From Phoronis australis (taxonomy: Eukaryota > Animalia > Phoronida): 64,000 nucleotides of DNA. How positions within the stretch are numbered: the first letter of the stretch is position 1; each line of letters opens with the position of its first letter. A program made the position numbers and the translations under genes. Positions 34,963-49,170 of this stretch are shown here, piece after piece. The stretch covers positions 1 through 64,000 of the forward strand of contig NMRA01000982.1 of NCBI GenBank assembly GCA_002633005.1. Direction: 5' to 3'. The notes under the pieces were generated by a model that saw nothing but the letters and a program-made list of their open reading frames with translations, ran no database searches and had not been told where the DNA came from.

Positions 34963-37673
34963 TCGGGTGAACTAAAACGCTCCAAGATTTGAAGTGCTGT
35001 AATAATGTTCCGATACATGATCGTACTGGCTTCAGTCACATGTAAGATTTGTCATACTAGCAGCACACTTTGGAAAACAGTTTCAGGTCTTGTTTCAGAT
35101 GGTGCAGTCGCACAACCGTTTCTTGAACGATCAATCTATCCAGAGTTCTCTAAAAGATAACGTGCTTGAAGTTCTAGGTAATGAAGTTACAAACTAGAGC
35201 AAAATTGAAATTTTGCATATGGGCAGTCTTGATTCGTATATTCAAAAAAATACTCAAGTTCGCCGTGATTCCAACCCCGGCGGTTGAAATACCCGAGGGG
35301 TGCTACCTAGACATGAAAAAATAGCACTACTACTACACACTCCAGGTTTGTACCGAATGTGTAAAATTTGCGAGGTGAATGAACGCTTTGCCATACATAC
35401 TGATTCTCAAATACTTAACACTAGTGAACTCGAGTGATAAAAAGACGATTAATAACGAAACGGCGTATCCGACACAGTCTGACGAATGACACAGGGAGGA
35501 GCTCGTGTTGATGAATTACCCACACGACTGGATGCTTTGTGTTAGATAGAACAATAATTGCAATCGGACAGACATTAGCTATTTCAGTTTTTTCGTTTCC
35601 AAAACGTTAATGTCGCCCAGAAATGGAAAATTCACTTCCTTGCGTCGGACACGGGTATGGTAGTACATGTACACCGTGACATTGAAGTAAGCGATCCGTT
35701 CAGGGGTCGCTGTGCTCAGCCTATTTTGAAGAATTATACTTCGATACGTCTCAGAAACGGTGATTTGATGAAAGTTTCTCCAACGTGTAAGTGCAGTTGA
35801 TGGAGATTCGGTGTATTGTATTGTGCCACTGCTGGGAACGTAGTATACACGTAATCGATCGTAATTTGGTAAAAATTATGAAAACAAACCGTAGAAATGA
35901 GTTACCGTTATGTTGGATCTTGTTGAAAGGACTGTGTACTAACGGAATATCTACAGCGTATACATACCCTGATGGAAGAAAGTCTGTAAGATTCGTATTT
36001 GTATTTGACTTTTTACCAACTCGTTATTACTTAGATCAAGTGACCATGTCTTTTAGTAGAATTTTTATTTTGATTTTCGCCAGGTCAACCCCTGTTCTAA
36101 ATAATGCACCAATCGTTATCCACGTGTAACCAAAACGTTGCGGGTTAAAATTTCGCTTTCTGTGGATTTTCATCGGAAAGGGTAATCCCCAAAAAATAAT
36201 CAGAATATTTCTTATACATGTATTTTAAGCCTAACAAAACTGAAATTGTAACTCTTTGCTTTTTATAACATCAAAATGTATCGCAGCTAAATCTTCTCCG
36301 ATTATAAAGTAGCCGAGTGTAAATGTCTTTCACTTCAACAAAAGTCGCCAAGTTATCGGTGCTAGACTTGTAAGTCATATGTCACTCAATAAGTAACATC
36401 TACAGTACGTTGCCAAATTCTGGTGAAAATGTTGAATGGTACAGAATATTAGGCAAAGATATATTTCACCAAATTTATTTGTAAAACATTGGTTATTATC
36501 TTCATAAATTTTTCATTTGGATTTTTAAAATTTCGCATCAATAAATTGTGGCGATGAACACTTCTTCACATTATTTTCTCATCTTTTGTCAACATTCAGC
36601 GCTCGATTTCATTTCCAATTACTTTGATTCTAAGGCTACGCCTTAACGTGCGATCAGCTTCTCTCCAAGAGACTGGGCCATTGGCTTTTTGCGCCAGCTT
36701 CGATCAACAATCTGCTTACACTGCCTGCGTCTGCCATTTGCAAGCACGGCACCTAGGAACAAAACAGCAGATGAGGCGGTGACATCAATTCCTCTAACTT
36801 TGACTGGAAGCCTTTCTAAGAATCGCCGTTTGTAATTCAATAACAGAACACGACTGATTTTGCTGGTATAACTCTGAAATGTGCTGAAGAAATCAGTTCC
36901 ATCACAAACAACCCAAATGCGTTTTTGTGGTTGTAAAATCTACTGCGCCCTTTTAATGACAGAAATCCTTTCCCTGATTTGTCGGTGTACCAGCCTATGG
37001 CAAATGTTTTCTCTTTGTTTCACTATACCGACTATAAATAAAATGACTCGACTTCACTTCACTTCATTCCGATGTGTCAGAGTTACAAACAGAAATGTTT
37101 CTGCATTGCAATATTGGACTACTTACATAGTCGATGGGCTTGTACGATTCCTTTATTCCCAGATCACTGGATATGCTACAAGGCCTATTCAATGTACGAA
37201 TCGACGGCTATACATTGGTATATCAAGTTAGTTATTGCTTTAGGCGACATTCTTCACTTGGTTTGTCGCGGCGAGAGATTTGGTGCACGAAGCATAGTCA
37301 CCGGTAAACTGAGTTTTGTTCACTTCAGCCTGGAAAGTTCGGCTCCTCACCTGAGTCATGGGTTAGGGTTGGGAACAGAATGACCAATTTTGTAGCTCAG
37401 TAAGTTCAAGTAAGCCCTGGATTTTAATTCTTTGACCACCGGGTCCTAGATGTGCGTTGGTCACGAAGTTCAAAACACAAACCCGCCCAGTGGCGGTTCT
37501 CATGCGGCGCCCGGCCTCGGCGCGGCGTAGACCCGTCGCCCTGTCGGACTCGGCACATCACAACTAGCACCCAAACTCAATTCCAGCCGCCAAGAAAGGA
37601 TCTTGATGATTTTTCAAAGGTAGGTCTTGTTCAATTTTACAGGATCAGGTTGTTATTTCACTTCTGTTCCTAG

Positions 37674-38430
37674 CTGATATGGACCCGCGGACGGCGGTAC
37701 ACTACTAGGCCGCCGGCTCCTGCTGACCGTGAAAAATGCGGATTTGAAGATACTCTCATTTCCTTTACATTCACCAAGAGAACAGGATGATTTTCGTCGG
37801 TCGAAAGATATAACTGAAATATAAACATTTAGTAACTTTCAGGCCCGTTTGTGTTTGCCTATTTTTCTAATATTTAGTCACCTGACCTCAATAGGCCCTC
37901 AAACACGCCGGCCACTCAGGCGGGCGCCGGGCAGATGAAGGAGTAAGCCTACCCATGAGTTAGATGTCACTGACATAGGCCTACTCTACTAACCTACTCT
38001 TCAAAATGCTTAATTTACAGTATTTTCCTTCTGTGTATTTAATTAAAATTTCTAGCGCGTTTCATGATATTTTTTCAACCTCTCCCTTTGTGAACTGGAG
38101 ATTTCTACCGTCGACAAGGTGAAAAAATGTCGATAGAGGGCGCTCTAAGGCAGGCGTCAGGTGTCGCTCTAAACAAACACATGTCGAGGTGTGTGTAAGA
38201 AGAAAAGAGAAGAAGTTGCCCGCAGTTGGCAAAACTTGGCGGAGTCCCTGGTTATTTACGCAAAACGTATGTTACGAAATGTTTATATTTCAGTTATATC
38301 TTTCGACCGACGAAAATCACCCTGTTCTCTCGGTGAATGTAAAGGAAATGAGAGTATCTTCAAATCCGCATTTTTTCCGTCAGCGGGAGACCGGCGGCCT
38401 AGCTGTACCGCTGTCCGGCGTCCATATCAG
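37674..38430. mobile_element. MITE with ~155-bp well-conserved TIRs
   Basis: CTGATATGGAC...CTAGGCCGCCGG...GAAATATAAACATTT matches the reverse complement of 38277-38430. Confidence 0.88.
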
Positions 38431-41137
38431 TACTTCCCATTGCTTTCTGTACGCATTTCGTACCATGTATTTTAAACGGGCGGTCGGCCAAATCTGGCCA
38501 CCTATTTTGAGCTTTCACCTCGTTACAAATACATTCCACACTTAAAGTATCATTTAAAAAAGCGCTTACTTTCTTCATTGGTCCTGTCTACTTCTATACA
38601 TATCTTCGATGAAATTTAGTTGTGAGAATTAAGGTGACTTTGGCGAAGAATTCCAACTCCACTTTTGTGGTTGGCGTTAACTTTTTCACCAAGTGCGCCA
38701 TAAACACAAAGCATGTCAACTGAACCACGTGAGTTTGGCACAGGCTAGTGCAACACTGAGCAAAGCGTGTGATGCTAGCACGTGGCACTTGCAAAATAGC
38801 ATGAGAAAGTCAGGTGAAATTTGTAAGATTTGTGTCCCTTGGACTTTTTATTCAAGATTCAACATGCATGATTTCACGTAACTTCCTCAAAATGGCACCC
38901 TGTACGGAAAAACTCAAGCAAACTGTGACAGATTTTCATCTATTTGTTCAAGTTGTCTTGACTGAATCGTCTCCAGACTTATGGTATGAGTTGTTTATAA
39001 CTCCATGTGCATATATGCATGTTTGATTTGTTTTTATTTTCTGTATTTTGAAATGAATAACTTTTTGTGGGGATGTACTATCGCTCCTGAATGCCTGCGG
39101 CATCCAGGGCGATATGTAATTGCTTATTATTCATGGTGATTCCAAAAATGTATTACTCGTACCAATTAGGCTCTTCTTATTCATGCATTCACTGGTTTTT
39201 ATGAGGTGTTCATTTGCGGCAGCTGATCTCGAGTGACTGCCATTATAAAACTGTGACAGCTCTCGGCAGGAATGATAACTACAATGATCACGTGTGTGTC
39301 AGAGGACCCCAAAATTAACTAGTATATTGAAGATACTGCGTTGCACATTAGGGAAACACTGAGTAAAAAAACAGTAATAGTCATTTATAAAGGATTGCCT
39401 CTTCAAGGCTTCATCTTCAGATAAAACATGAGAGTGCTTGTTCTCACGGTCAAATGTTGTCGTTTCGATTGGACAAGAGCCAGTTTCTATGTTGTTGTTT
39501 TTTCAGCTTCACGCAATTCTATGGAACCGTAAGCTACATGTTACATTCCGACACCTACCATGTAAACTGTAGCCAGTCATAAGACACATGAGCACCCACA
39601 TTAGATATGTATATTTTTCTTTATTTTAAAGGTCTGTTGACGTTGTTACATGACTTTGGACATTCTCTGTAGTGAGCTCAACATTGGCTTCAGCATTTGT
39701 CGCGATTCATTGAGAATGAATGCGCAGCATGTAATAGCCTCATCCAGCAACTGTTGCAGTTGTGTTATGCTCCATTTCTGGTGTCTAAGCTTTCAAAGGG
39801 ACTACAGATGGGAGATACATCCTCCACAGGAACCACAAGACATCCAGCGGTGGTCGAATATTTTCCTGCCTGTGTTTGACAAGTCTTGTGACCCACCTGG
39901 TGAATCATATGAGCCTCTGTTCACTAACTAACTGGCAATTGCCTATTATCTGAATAGTTTGCACACTTCATCGGAGGTTTGATGATCTTGGCATTTACTA
40001 CATTAATATTGCAAGTAACACATTTCTTTATGACATCAGCAGTTTATCTTGTTCATGTTGAACAGGCTCAATTGCACCCACCTTCATATTCACATTATCC
40101 TTAACACTGACCCATTCTCTAGCACAGATTATTGTAGATATTCCATCTACCCTTGCGCCATTCAGATGTGGAGTCAGCCATCAGTTGTATCCCATTCTCT
40201 GCCTCGCACCATTTAGGACAAGGGTCTGTGAAACTAAAGTCACATGACACCCAGACAAAGTCACCCAACTCTTTGTTATTTTGTGTGCACATGCTCCCTG
40301 TTTTCTGTTTTGTTCTTGTTTTGCTTATTGTTATTATTTGTTGTTACGATTTATCACTCTCCTAATTTTTTTCTTACTATAAGCCTCTGTGCACTCCCAC
40401 TTCTATTATAATCACATAGTCCATCCCTTGTCAACATCAAAGATTCAGCGTCACACACATTCAGTGTGTTTAGGCAGACAATGAAGCAGGTTGAACAAAC
40501 CGTGAACGATTGTTCTTCCCTTTGTAGCATTTAGTTAAAAGGTGCTCCTTAAAGCAGTTCACACCAAATTCCCTCATCCGGACAAAGAAAAATGGAAAAA
40601 ATAAAACGTTTTCGTATTTTCCAGGACTTAGCCACCCAGGTGATTCACCATTATTTCAGTCTTTGTGACTTAGTCCTAATCATAACTACAAGCATTTGTG
40701 ATCTAACGGGATTTTCCGTAGATCAGCTCATGGGTGTGTATTCGAAAAATGAAAATTTTCAGGTGTGTTAGCACCTGGGCGTTTATTCAGAAAATAGGGG
40801 CAAGTAAAGGGAAAGTCATAATTTTGGCCATGCAAATGTCATCATGGACTGAATACACATAATTTTGGAATAAAAGTTTCCTGACTTTGATATTTTGAAC
40901 TTTAAACTGTGTTTAAAAATTTTATTTTAATCAATGCATAGTTCACCAACACTTCGATCGTTTTTATAAAACTGAATTTGATGCCGAGAAGGGTTTTAAG
41001 AGGAATTTTTCCAAAGAAACGCCACTCTCTGGACACCAAACACACCCATGGGCATTTCATCAGGTGGGCTTATCTATAGAAAGTTCCTGTAGTATGTAGT
41101 TTCTCATTGTTTGCTTTTCTGCAAGTTTAGGTGAACA

Positions 41138-43779
41138 ATGGCTAACCCTAAAGAAGTGGACAAGTTCTACAGTGATGCTAGTCAGTATTGGTCAGGAGTT
41201 CCTGCTACAGTGGATGGTATGCTTGGAGGATTCACGGCCATTACCAACACAGACATTCAAGGCTCCTTCGAGTTCCTGCTACCATTTATACAGGTACAAC
41301 TAGCTAACAATGGTAGACTGTCATTCTGGTACAAAACTAGAGATTTCGGGTAGAAGTCTTAATCAAGTTTTTATTTTTGTCACGAACTGGGTCTCATTAA
41401 AACATGATTTATGATTTGTGGTATGACTATCCTAAGACACGAGATGTTCTCCGGATGGCTCCATCTCTAAATCCTGACTCATTTTTCCACGGTACATGTG
41501 CACTCAAACATGTTTGCATCATCATGAGTCTGGGTTCTTGGCTTCAGACTTACTAATCCACGACGGGTCCATGGGGGGGAAGGTTCTGGGGGTTTAAACC
41601 CATTCTAACATGACCAAAACAAAGATAAGCTCCACCAGCATGACTAAACTCCGACCTCGAAAAATGTAAAATTTCACCAGTGCCAATAGTGGAAGGTATG
41701 TCAACCTACTAGTAAGCTGCACAACTAGATTAATACTAGTTTTAGACCCAAATATGATTCATTGATGAGACGTGTGGCGCCAGTATGGCCTCAGATTTTG
41801 TTTGGCGATTGGGCAAAATCCCGAGACTCCACAAAGTTGCCATGCACATATTTAAGCATGCGCTTAAAATGCTACTGTAGGAACTAAACAGACAGTTGTT
41901 GACAAGTGTTTCATCCAAACCAGAGGGCCCAGTTCACAACTCACTGATCATTTGCTTTTATCTTAGAAAGGAAGTGAGCCTGCACTGGTTATTAAGTTGG
42001 AGTTGAAATTGGTCATTATGAAGCACACTGTACACTTCTAATTTTCCATTCGACTAAGGAAAAAGGCTGCTTGTTATGCGAGACATTTCCTCAATTTGTC
42101 GGTTCTTCAATTCAATTATACATTCACTTTCGACTATTGCCAACTCTGTATGCCTTGTTTTTTGGGCCGGGACTATTTCACACTGCTGCATCCTCATTTA
42201 CTGTGTGGTGCCAGGCCACTTTTGGCGAGTTGACTCAATCCTAAGCGTCTAACCCTGTCATGGTTTAATTCAATTCCTGTGTACTTCAGTCTTGTACTGT
42301 AGCCCGTCCTTGAGCAGAACACTTGAGCTCCGGTACTCAAGTTGTCTCCGCTGTATAAATGATTACATTTAATTGCTGAGATATAACCTGCTATAGACTA
42401 GTGTCCTGTCCAGGGTGAGTTAAAAGACACTTGCAGTTAGCAGCCTGCCTGATGGGCTGCTCACATAGACCTTTATTACCTAACGTTGTTACTTGCCTTG
42501 CAGAGAGTAATTTTATTCACCTTATTCTAGTTGGGTACAGTATTAATCTCAGTATATGGCAAAATTAGTGAAGAGTCGCTTTGTTGATATCTTGATCAAA
42601 ACCAGTGCAGACCATCTTCTTGGTTTAAGTGACCACACTCTCTCCAGATTATCTTAATCATGGTATGTTGGTCTGTGATCATGCCAGCGCCAGTGTCTCA
42701 CCTTTGGAAATACGCTTATCATCTTGCTCTAGATATTCTTGGATTACTTTACTCTAGGAGAATGATTGTTTAATTCCCCGTAACATCCTGGTCTTGAGAA
42801 CATTATCTCAACTGTCTACTGCATCTTGGACATTCCCTGCAGTCATGGTTACTGGTGGCCATGGTAACTCTGTCTCAGTTAAAGCCTATGATTGTGTGTT
42901 TGAATACATGATGTTTTTGTAGATGCAGTTTTAATCCAAGTTCTCACTTAATGACCCCAGACTTGGATTTACATATTGTCATAAGGAGACGATGTGACAG
43001 ATAACTCAGTCTGGAAAATCACCCCAAAATTTTTGCTTTATAAATTACCGAAATGAAATATAGCATACTGTTTTAAGAGCTATTGTACAAACTTGTGTTA
43101 AATATTCAGACACTCTGGAACTTAATAGCTGATGCTTATGTCAAGTCTGTTGCAGTCTAAAGTAGAAAATGTCAAAACAATTTGGAGTTCGAGTGGAGCG
43201 TAGACTTACATGCCCTGAAATCAGGGTGATAATTGACAGTTTACACAGTTTCTGATCGTTTTATTTCTGCAGGGTGAAAAAGCAACAGTGAAGCCACACC
43301 GAGCATGCGACTGTGGTGCAGGTATTGGGCGAATTACCAAAGACTTGCTCTTGCCTCTTTTTGATACTGTAGACCTCGTCGATGCTTGTCCGAAATTTGT
43401 TGAACAGGCGAAGCAAAACCTGCGAGATCGTTCTGTGGACCGATACATCTGCTGCGGACTACAGGATTTTACTCCTGAGGCAGGCAGATATAACCTTATA
43501 TGGATACAGTGGGTTGTAGGTCACCTGACCGATAGCGATCTTGTGAAATTCTTTACTCGATGCAAGACTGGATTAGCTGAGAACGGAATAATCATTCTCA
43601 AGGAAAACATTGCGTCTGCGGACGACTGTGATTTTGACGATTGTGATTCCAGCTACACTCGACCCCGGCATTTGATGGAGGAACTGATTAGCAAGGCTGG
43701 TCTCAAGATTGTTAAGAATAAAAAACAGAGTGGCTTCCCATCTGACATCTATGCTGTGTGGATGTTTGCATTCCACTGA
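41138..43779 (+). CDS. NTMT1: N-terminal Xaa-Pro-Lys N-methyltransferase 1 (METTL11A family); coding exons 41138-41293 and 43273-43779, 220 aa
   Basis: FYSDASQYWSGVPATVDGMLGGF...DIQGS in exon 1; DCGAGIGRITK, LQDFTPE, YNLIWIQWVVGHLTD, IILKEN, DSSYTR, QSGFP..IYAVWMFA in exon 2; phase-0 cag|gt...ag intron. Confidence 0.96.
42240..42470 (+). mobile_element. Degenerate SINE in the NTMT1 intron
   Basis: Contains GTCCTTGAGCAGAACACTT, TGTATAAATG and AACCTGCTATAGACTAGTGTCCTGTCCAGGG, resembling conserved central domains of animal tRNA-SINEs; boundaries approximate. Confidence 0.6.
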
Positions 43780-44013
43780 TGTCCTCATGGAATGAAACAG
43801 TCTTGTTGAAGGGGAAACCCACAGTAGTCTTAGTGTTATTCTAGTTAAAAATGCAAATGCTGTGATTTCTCGCAGACATATTTCAACGTCCATTACTCAT
43901 TTGCTGGCTTTGTTAATTACTCATGCAACAGTTAAGAAAGTGACATAGCCGACTCAACAATGAATTTTCTGGTACTTGTTTTGGCATTCAGTTTCATTGA
44001 CCTTACTTTCACA

Positions 44014-44120
44014 GACATGGTGTGAGATACTGTTGAGCCGACATGGTGTGAGATACTGTCGAGCCGACATGGTGCGAGATACTGTTGAGCCGACATGGTG
44101 TGAGATACTGTTGAGCCGAC
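44014..44120 (+). repeat. Minisatellite, 4 x 26 bp (GACATGGTGTGAGATACTGTTGAGCC), in the probable NTMT1 3' UTR
   Basis: Four near-identical head-to-tail units. Confidence 0.95.
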
Positions 44121-45983
44121 TACGCTACTTAAAACTGCTGTAGATGCATATTTTGATTCGGATCACTTATAGTTTGAAATTGGTCTTAATCTATGACTTT
44201 TGGGCTAGAAAACACCCGATGCATTTGCGCTTTTGACCAGACTCAGCGAGCTGCCTTGTCTCGGTGGGTCATTTTATGCTGATGGCATGGTCTCGACCAA
44301 TAGCAAACTAATTTCTTTGCAAGCCCAGAATTCATTGATCATCTTGAGTAAGAAGAAAGTTGAGACCAGTTTTATTGGAGGACGTGGTTGATGTCAAAAC
44401 GCAGGTTTATAGGAACATAAAGCTCGATACTGTTTGATGCATTGCTTATAGTTTATGGCTATAGTCAAGAGTAGTTTCTAGAAAGTGTTTGGAGCCACCT
44501 GCAGTTCAGGTGACTTGGAGATTTTTGAAGTCATTTGAGGCCTTATGGACAAAGACGTGCATTCAGCCAAATATTTATTGAAGTATTGATTTTTAATGAA
44601 AGTATATCTTAATGATAGGAAATGTAGAATGCCTGTAGAAATTGATTTTCGACTTTATACCAGTCTGCCATTGATTGGGGCCTGTGACCGTGTCTTTTTG
44701 TAAAAATTAACAAAATGGTACTTAATAACAAAACAACGGTACCCAGGTATAATCTCAAAAATGCTGCTATTGTTTTCTAAGTTATCATTTCGTTTTGTAT
44801 TATGCAACTTAGCAGTCTTTGGAATTTCTTGACGGATTTAAAGGAAAGTTTTTAAACAGTTTTCTGATAGGGAGACGGGGACATCTTCCCATTTTCATAG
44901 GGGATTGACGTATTCAGTGCCATCCAGTGGCCATTTTATGATATTAATAAACACCCTGATGCGCTTACTGTTTGCAATGCTGTCACTGTATCCAGTTCAC
45001 TGCTAGGAGTTATTGTTGTTCAAATTTGTGATCATTTAAGTTGGAAACATAGCATGTTGACAAAAATTTTATGTCTATTCAACACAAGAATGTTCATAAG
45101 TTGCCAGGTGTTTTTGGTGAGAAGGTTGTACTTGCGAATAATTTTGCACTCATAAGTTAAGATAATTATAAAATTATAACTATTACTTCAGCTATGACAA
45201 TCAGTAATTCTAAAACATTGAATATCCCAGTATAGTGATGAAACCTGCGGTGGAACTTGCAAATGGGTTCAGAAAATGTGGTCTGGTGCTTTTCATCCAC
45301 CGGTTTGTTCATCAAGATTTTTAATTTCTGTTCATGTAAAAGTATTTTTCTATAGTTTCAAATTTTAAGAAAGGTATCTGTTTACTCCTCCTCACTTCTT
45401 CCATTTTTTCCCACAAGGCAAAGCACGTTCTCTTATTTAGACTGACAAGACTTAGAGCTAGCTTATTTCCATTACTGGTATATGGAAAATGTGACCTTTG
45501 ACCCTTGATGTATACAAAACGATGGCGACTCAAATAGCAGCCAAACTGATTAAGGAGCAACTTATGCAGGTCCGAACTGTTTTAAAATTACTTATACAGG
45601 TATGATCGAAGTATTCAAATATATTCTAAAATGCACTTGTAATTATGTTCTGAATATTGCTTGCTTCATTGGCTTGCCTCGTGCTGTGCTGTCAACCTCA
45701 GATTCGAGTCCGATGACACGTGATAATCTGCCGTTATATCCATCTTGTCCTTGAGCTGTTTCTCGAATGATTGTGAGCCCATGCGCGCTGTTATCCAAGT
45801 TGAAGGAAGATTCGAAACTCTGGGTACTGCAGAGTTTTTCCTCCAGCGTATTTAAAAATCTGACGGATGATTTCTTATGGAAATTCGCTGACACGAGAAA
45901 TTGAATAATTCTGTAGTAGACGTTGTGAGACGATGCTTTTGTCAGAATTATTTAAAAGATATTTTTGCCTCAGAGCAAAGACC

Positions 45984-46095
45984 NNNNNNNNNNNNNNNNN
46001 NNNNNNNNNNNNNNNNNNNNNNNNNNNNNNNNNNNNNNNNNNNNNNNNNNNNNNNNNNNNNNNNNNNNNNNNNNNNNNNNNNNNNNNNNNNNNNN
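45984..46095. other. Assembly gap (N run)
   Basis: Run of n characters. Confidence 0.99.
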
Positions 46096-47966
46096 CCCCC
46101 TTGGCTGCCGCAAAAAATGAAACGGCAAGAGCGTGAGGAAATCGAGTTAATAATTATTCCCGGTAATTAACATGCGGTAGAGGGGAGAGGAGTAGCTCAG
46201 TGTCCATACAGACCCACGGTGCAATCGTTTTCCCATTTTTTTACTCCGTTTGTTTTTTAGTAGTGAGTCCACATCCTCAGAAATTCGAGCCCCCTATCTT
46301 TTACGTTTATGACGGAGTTCTCCCGTTCAGTGACTTTCCAGACGTAGAGGGTTGCGAGCGTGTCTGGTATGACAACAGGCAGGTCAATTATCCGATCTAC
46401 CAGGCTTATTGCAGACCATGAGTGAACACAGCCAAACACAGGGCGAATTGGTAGATTCGGAAAGAATCTATTGTCGCAACTTCAGTTGCAGTTGGGAGAT
46501 TTTGGTAGCTTTTTTGACGTGTAAAAGGCCAAGTGTTGAATGTCATGAACTTTTACTGAAGAACTGTATCAAACGGCTCCAAAGGTCCATTTTTGGCTAG
46601 TAATATGTAAAGATAATTTTGAGTGACTTAATTCTTCAGATATACAGCAACTGTGACCGACGGATACATATTCGAAAATCTTGATAGGACGGAATCTTTT
46701 GAATTATTGTAATTATTTCCCTGCTGATTTAATAAGTCATTTATATAACCTCTGTCAAGTGGTTTAATCATTTTTATGCTAGTATTACATCCTGATATTT
46801 TTCGCATTTTGGCAAAATTCTGGGTTTTTAGAGTTAAAACATAATTTAAACTAGGTAAGTATGCGAAATGATATTTATTCACGAATCATTTTTTTTGGCT
46901 TCTGGCATAATTTACATCATCAAGAACTGATGAAGGGCTTTCTAATGGCATGACTCTTGTGCAATTCGGTTTAAAAAGGCGGAGTTGCGCAAAATTTTAA
47001 TGACAGTAAATTCCATACTCACCAAGAAATCATTGATAAGTCATTACGTCATAAGTTTTTATAATTTATGCTTATACAGGTGGTTATTAGTTATCTAGAA
47101 TGCTCTCCTTACAAATCTTAGTTCAAATGGACGCAACGCATATATGCAACTTTGTCTGGTATAAATCAATCTAATTCTGTTCAAGTTTTGCCTACTTTGT
47201 TCATCCTTCATTATCGACGATTTTGTCACGGGCGTGCCGTCCCGCCCTGCCCCGTTCCACCCCTTCCCGCCTCGCTTCGCACGGTCCCTGTCTTATCCTT
47301 TCCTCGTTCCATCTCGTTCCCTAGTTGGTTACGGCAGTTTGTGCTGAAGGGCAAATGAGTTCTACCTGAGGATCTACTTAGAGCGCTTAGCCACACCAAT
47401 GTGTCTTCGTCTAGCTCACCCATACATGTACATCGCATTGGTCAACCGGCCGAAACCAGCAATTTTAGGTTTGATGTTTTGTCAACTAAGAAATCTCCAG
47501 TCGACATCACTGCCAGGAACATGTGATATGCGAAGTGAATTAAAAAAAAAATAAAATATACGGCTAGGCTAAAATTTGATTTTTATTCATCATATTGTAA
47601 ATAGTAATTCAAAGGTTAAACTGAAAAAATGAGAAGTTATCGAAATATCCTTTTAATGAAAATTACTGGCTTGCAGCAAAACGTTTGGACCTTGATTCGC
47701 CTTTGTCTTGCAGTCCTCTTGTAGCATGTGGGGGGNTACCTTTCGTGTGCCTGCTCAGCATCGTTGCACTTCTTGTGCTTGTGGGTATTTGCCAATGACG
47801 TACATGTACTCGAAGAATTTTCACATGTCCGCAAGTTAGTGTTTTCTGATGAAATATGTCTCCCTCCCTCCTTGCTCTGTCTATGTGTCCGCCCGTCTGC
47901 TCGTCCTTCTGTCCGTTTGTCCCTCCCACCCACCATCCCGTCCACCCAGCGGGGCAAATTCAAAAC

Positions 47967-48870
47967 TGTCAGACGATTGACTGTGGGTTTGTTTAAAAGG
48001 TAGCTATGCTTTGAGATTGTGCGTAGATGGAGAGAGAACAATTAAATCCAGTAATTAATTTATTATGATAACCCTTAATTAGACAAGTGAAACCTGTTAT
48101 TAATTAAGTAATCTACTACAAAGAAGAGTAACTACACTAGCGCTCTCTTTAATTGATTACCTCAATCAATCAACAAAAACAATCAAATGTCTTATCTGCT
48201 ATCCAAGCTAGGACTCTCGACTTGTATGTCTGTCCTGATGGTGAATCTTCGAACTACACATACATGTACTGTATAGCGACAGTTTACTTGCTGGTCACCC
48301 ACCGTCTCTGGTGATGCAACACTTGCAGGCAATTTCTTCTACCCGCGATTCTTCTTGCTGGTCACAGTCTCTGGCTGGCGACGCAACACTTCAGGTAGTA
48401 TCTTACTACCCAAGATGCAAGTGACAAGCTCTTAGTTAACTTCCTGTTCGTTAACCCTTGCACTTGCCAAGATCCTTTCTAGAATCTTCCACGAGATGGC
48501 TCTGTTGTACAATTGCTTCTGTACACTAGCAAATCTTTATGCTTCAACTACTATAGCGCATCTGAATATTTTGTTGACTTAAGCCCATATTATAATATCC
48601 TACTTATTTAGTGATTGGTTAATAAAAACCACGTGATCATTTCCAATCACATCATTGGCTGTTACAGATTGTTCTCAGAATTTTCTAGAATCTCTAGAGT
48701 ACTTTGACCCCAGAACCCAAAGTTGTAAACACCATTTAAAAATAGATTTTGACTTTAAAGTACATGTCAACAAGTCTGACCCCATGATTTAAAAGTACGT
48801 ATGCACAAATTTTGGGCAACTTAAAATGGATCTATTCTTACTAATTACTTAATCAATATTTATTCTGACA
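47967..48870 (-). mobile_element. Solo LTR (904 bp) of the Gypsy family seen at 61828
   Basis: TGTCAGA...TCTGACA termini, 5-bp TSD AAAAC (47962-47966, 48871-48875); reverse complement aligns along its full length with 61828-62727. Confidence 0.93.
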
Positions 48871-49170
48871 AAAACGATTAGGCTGATTTGTCAATAATCT
48901 GGTAACAATTTTCAGAGCGCACAGTGATTTTAAAATGCTCAGTAAAATTAAAGGGCTTATTGTTATTATAATTTTAAATTTGGCATATCATTTTTCTGCT
49001 GGATCAAAAACGCAAGAATGAGATTATAAATCATGACGTTTTGATGACATCAGCACAATCGGATTTTACATATAGCGAAGGCAACGCGCTGAAAGTGAAA
49101 ATGGAACATAATATTGGGTTCCGATAGATAGAAGTATTGATAATCATGGCAGCGATGTGTTTTGGAATAA

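Noticed and set aside
36643-36873. Possible minus-strand terminal exon
   Set aside because: It has an acceptor and an open frame, but no upstream exon or homology could be established.
45901-46170. ORFs spanning the N run
   Set aside because: Artefacts of translating through an assembly gap.
46440-46470. TGRIGRFGK, resembling helicase motif VI or GAPDH
   Set aside because: Too short, and the surrounding frames show no other matching motifs.
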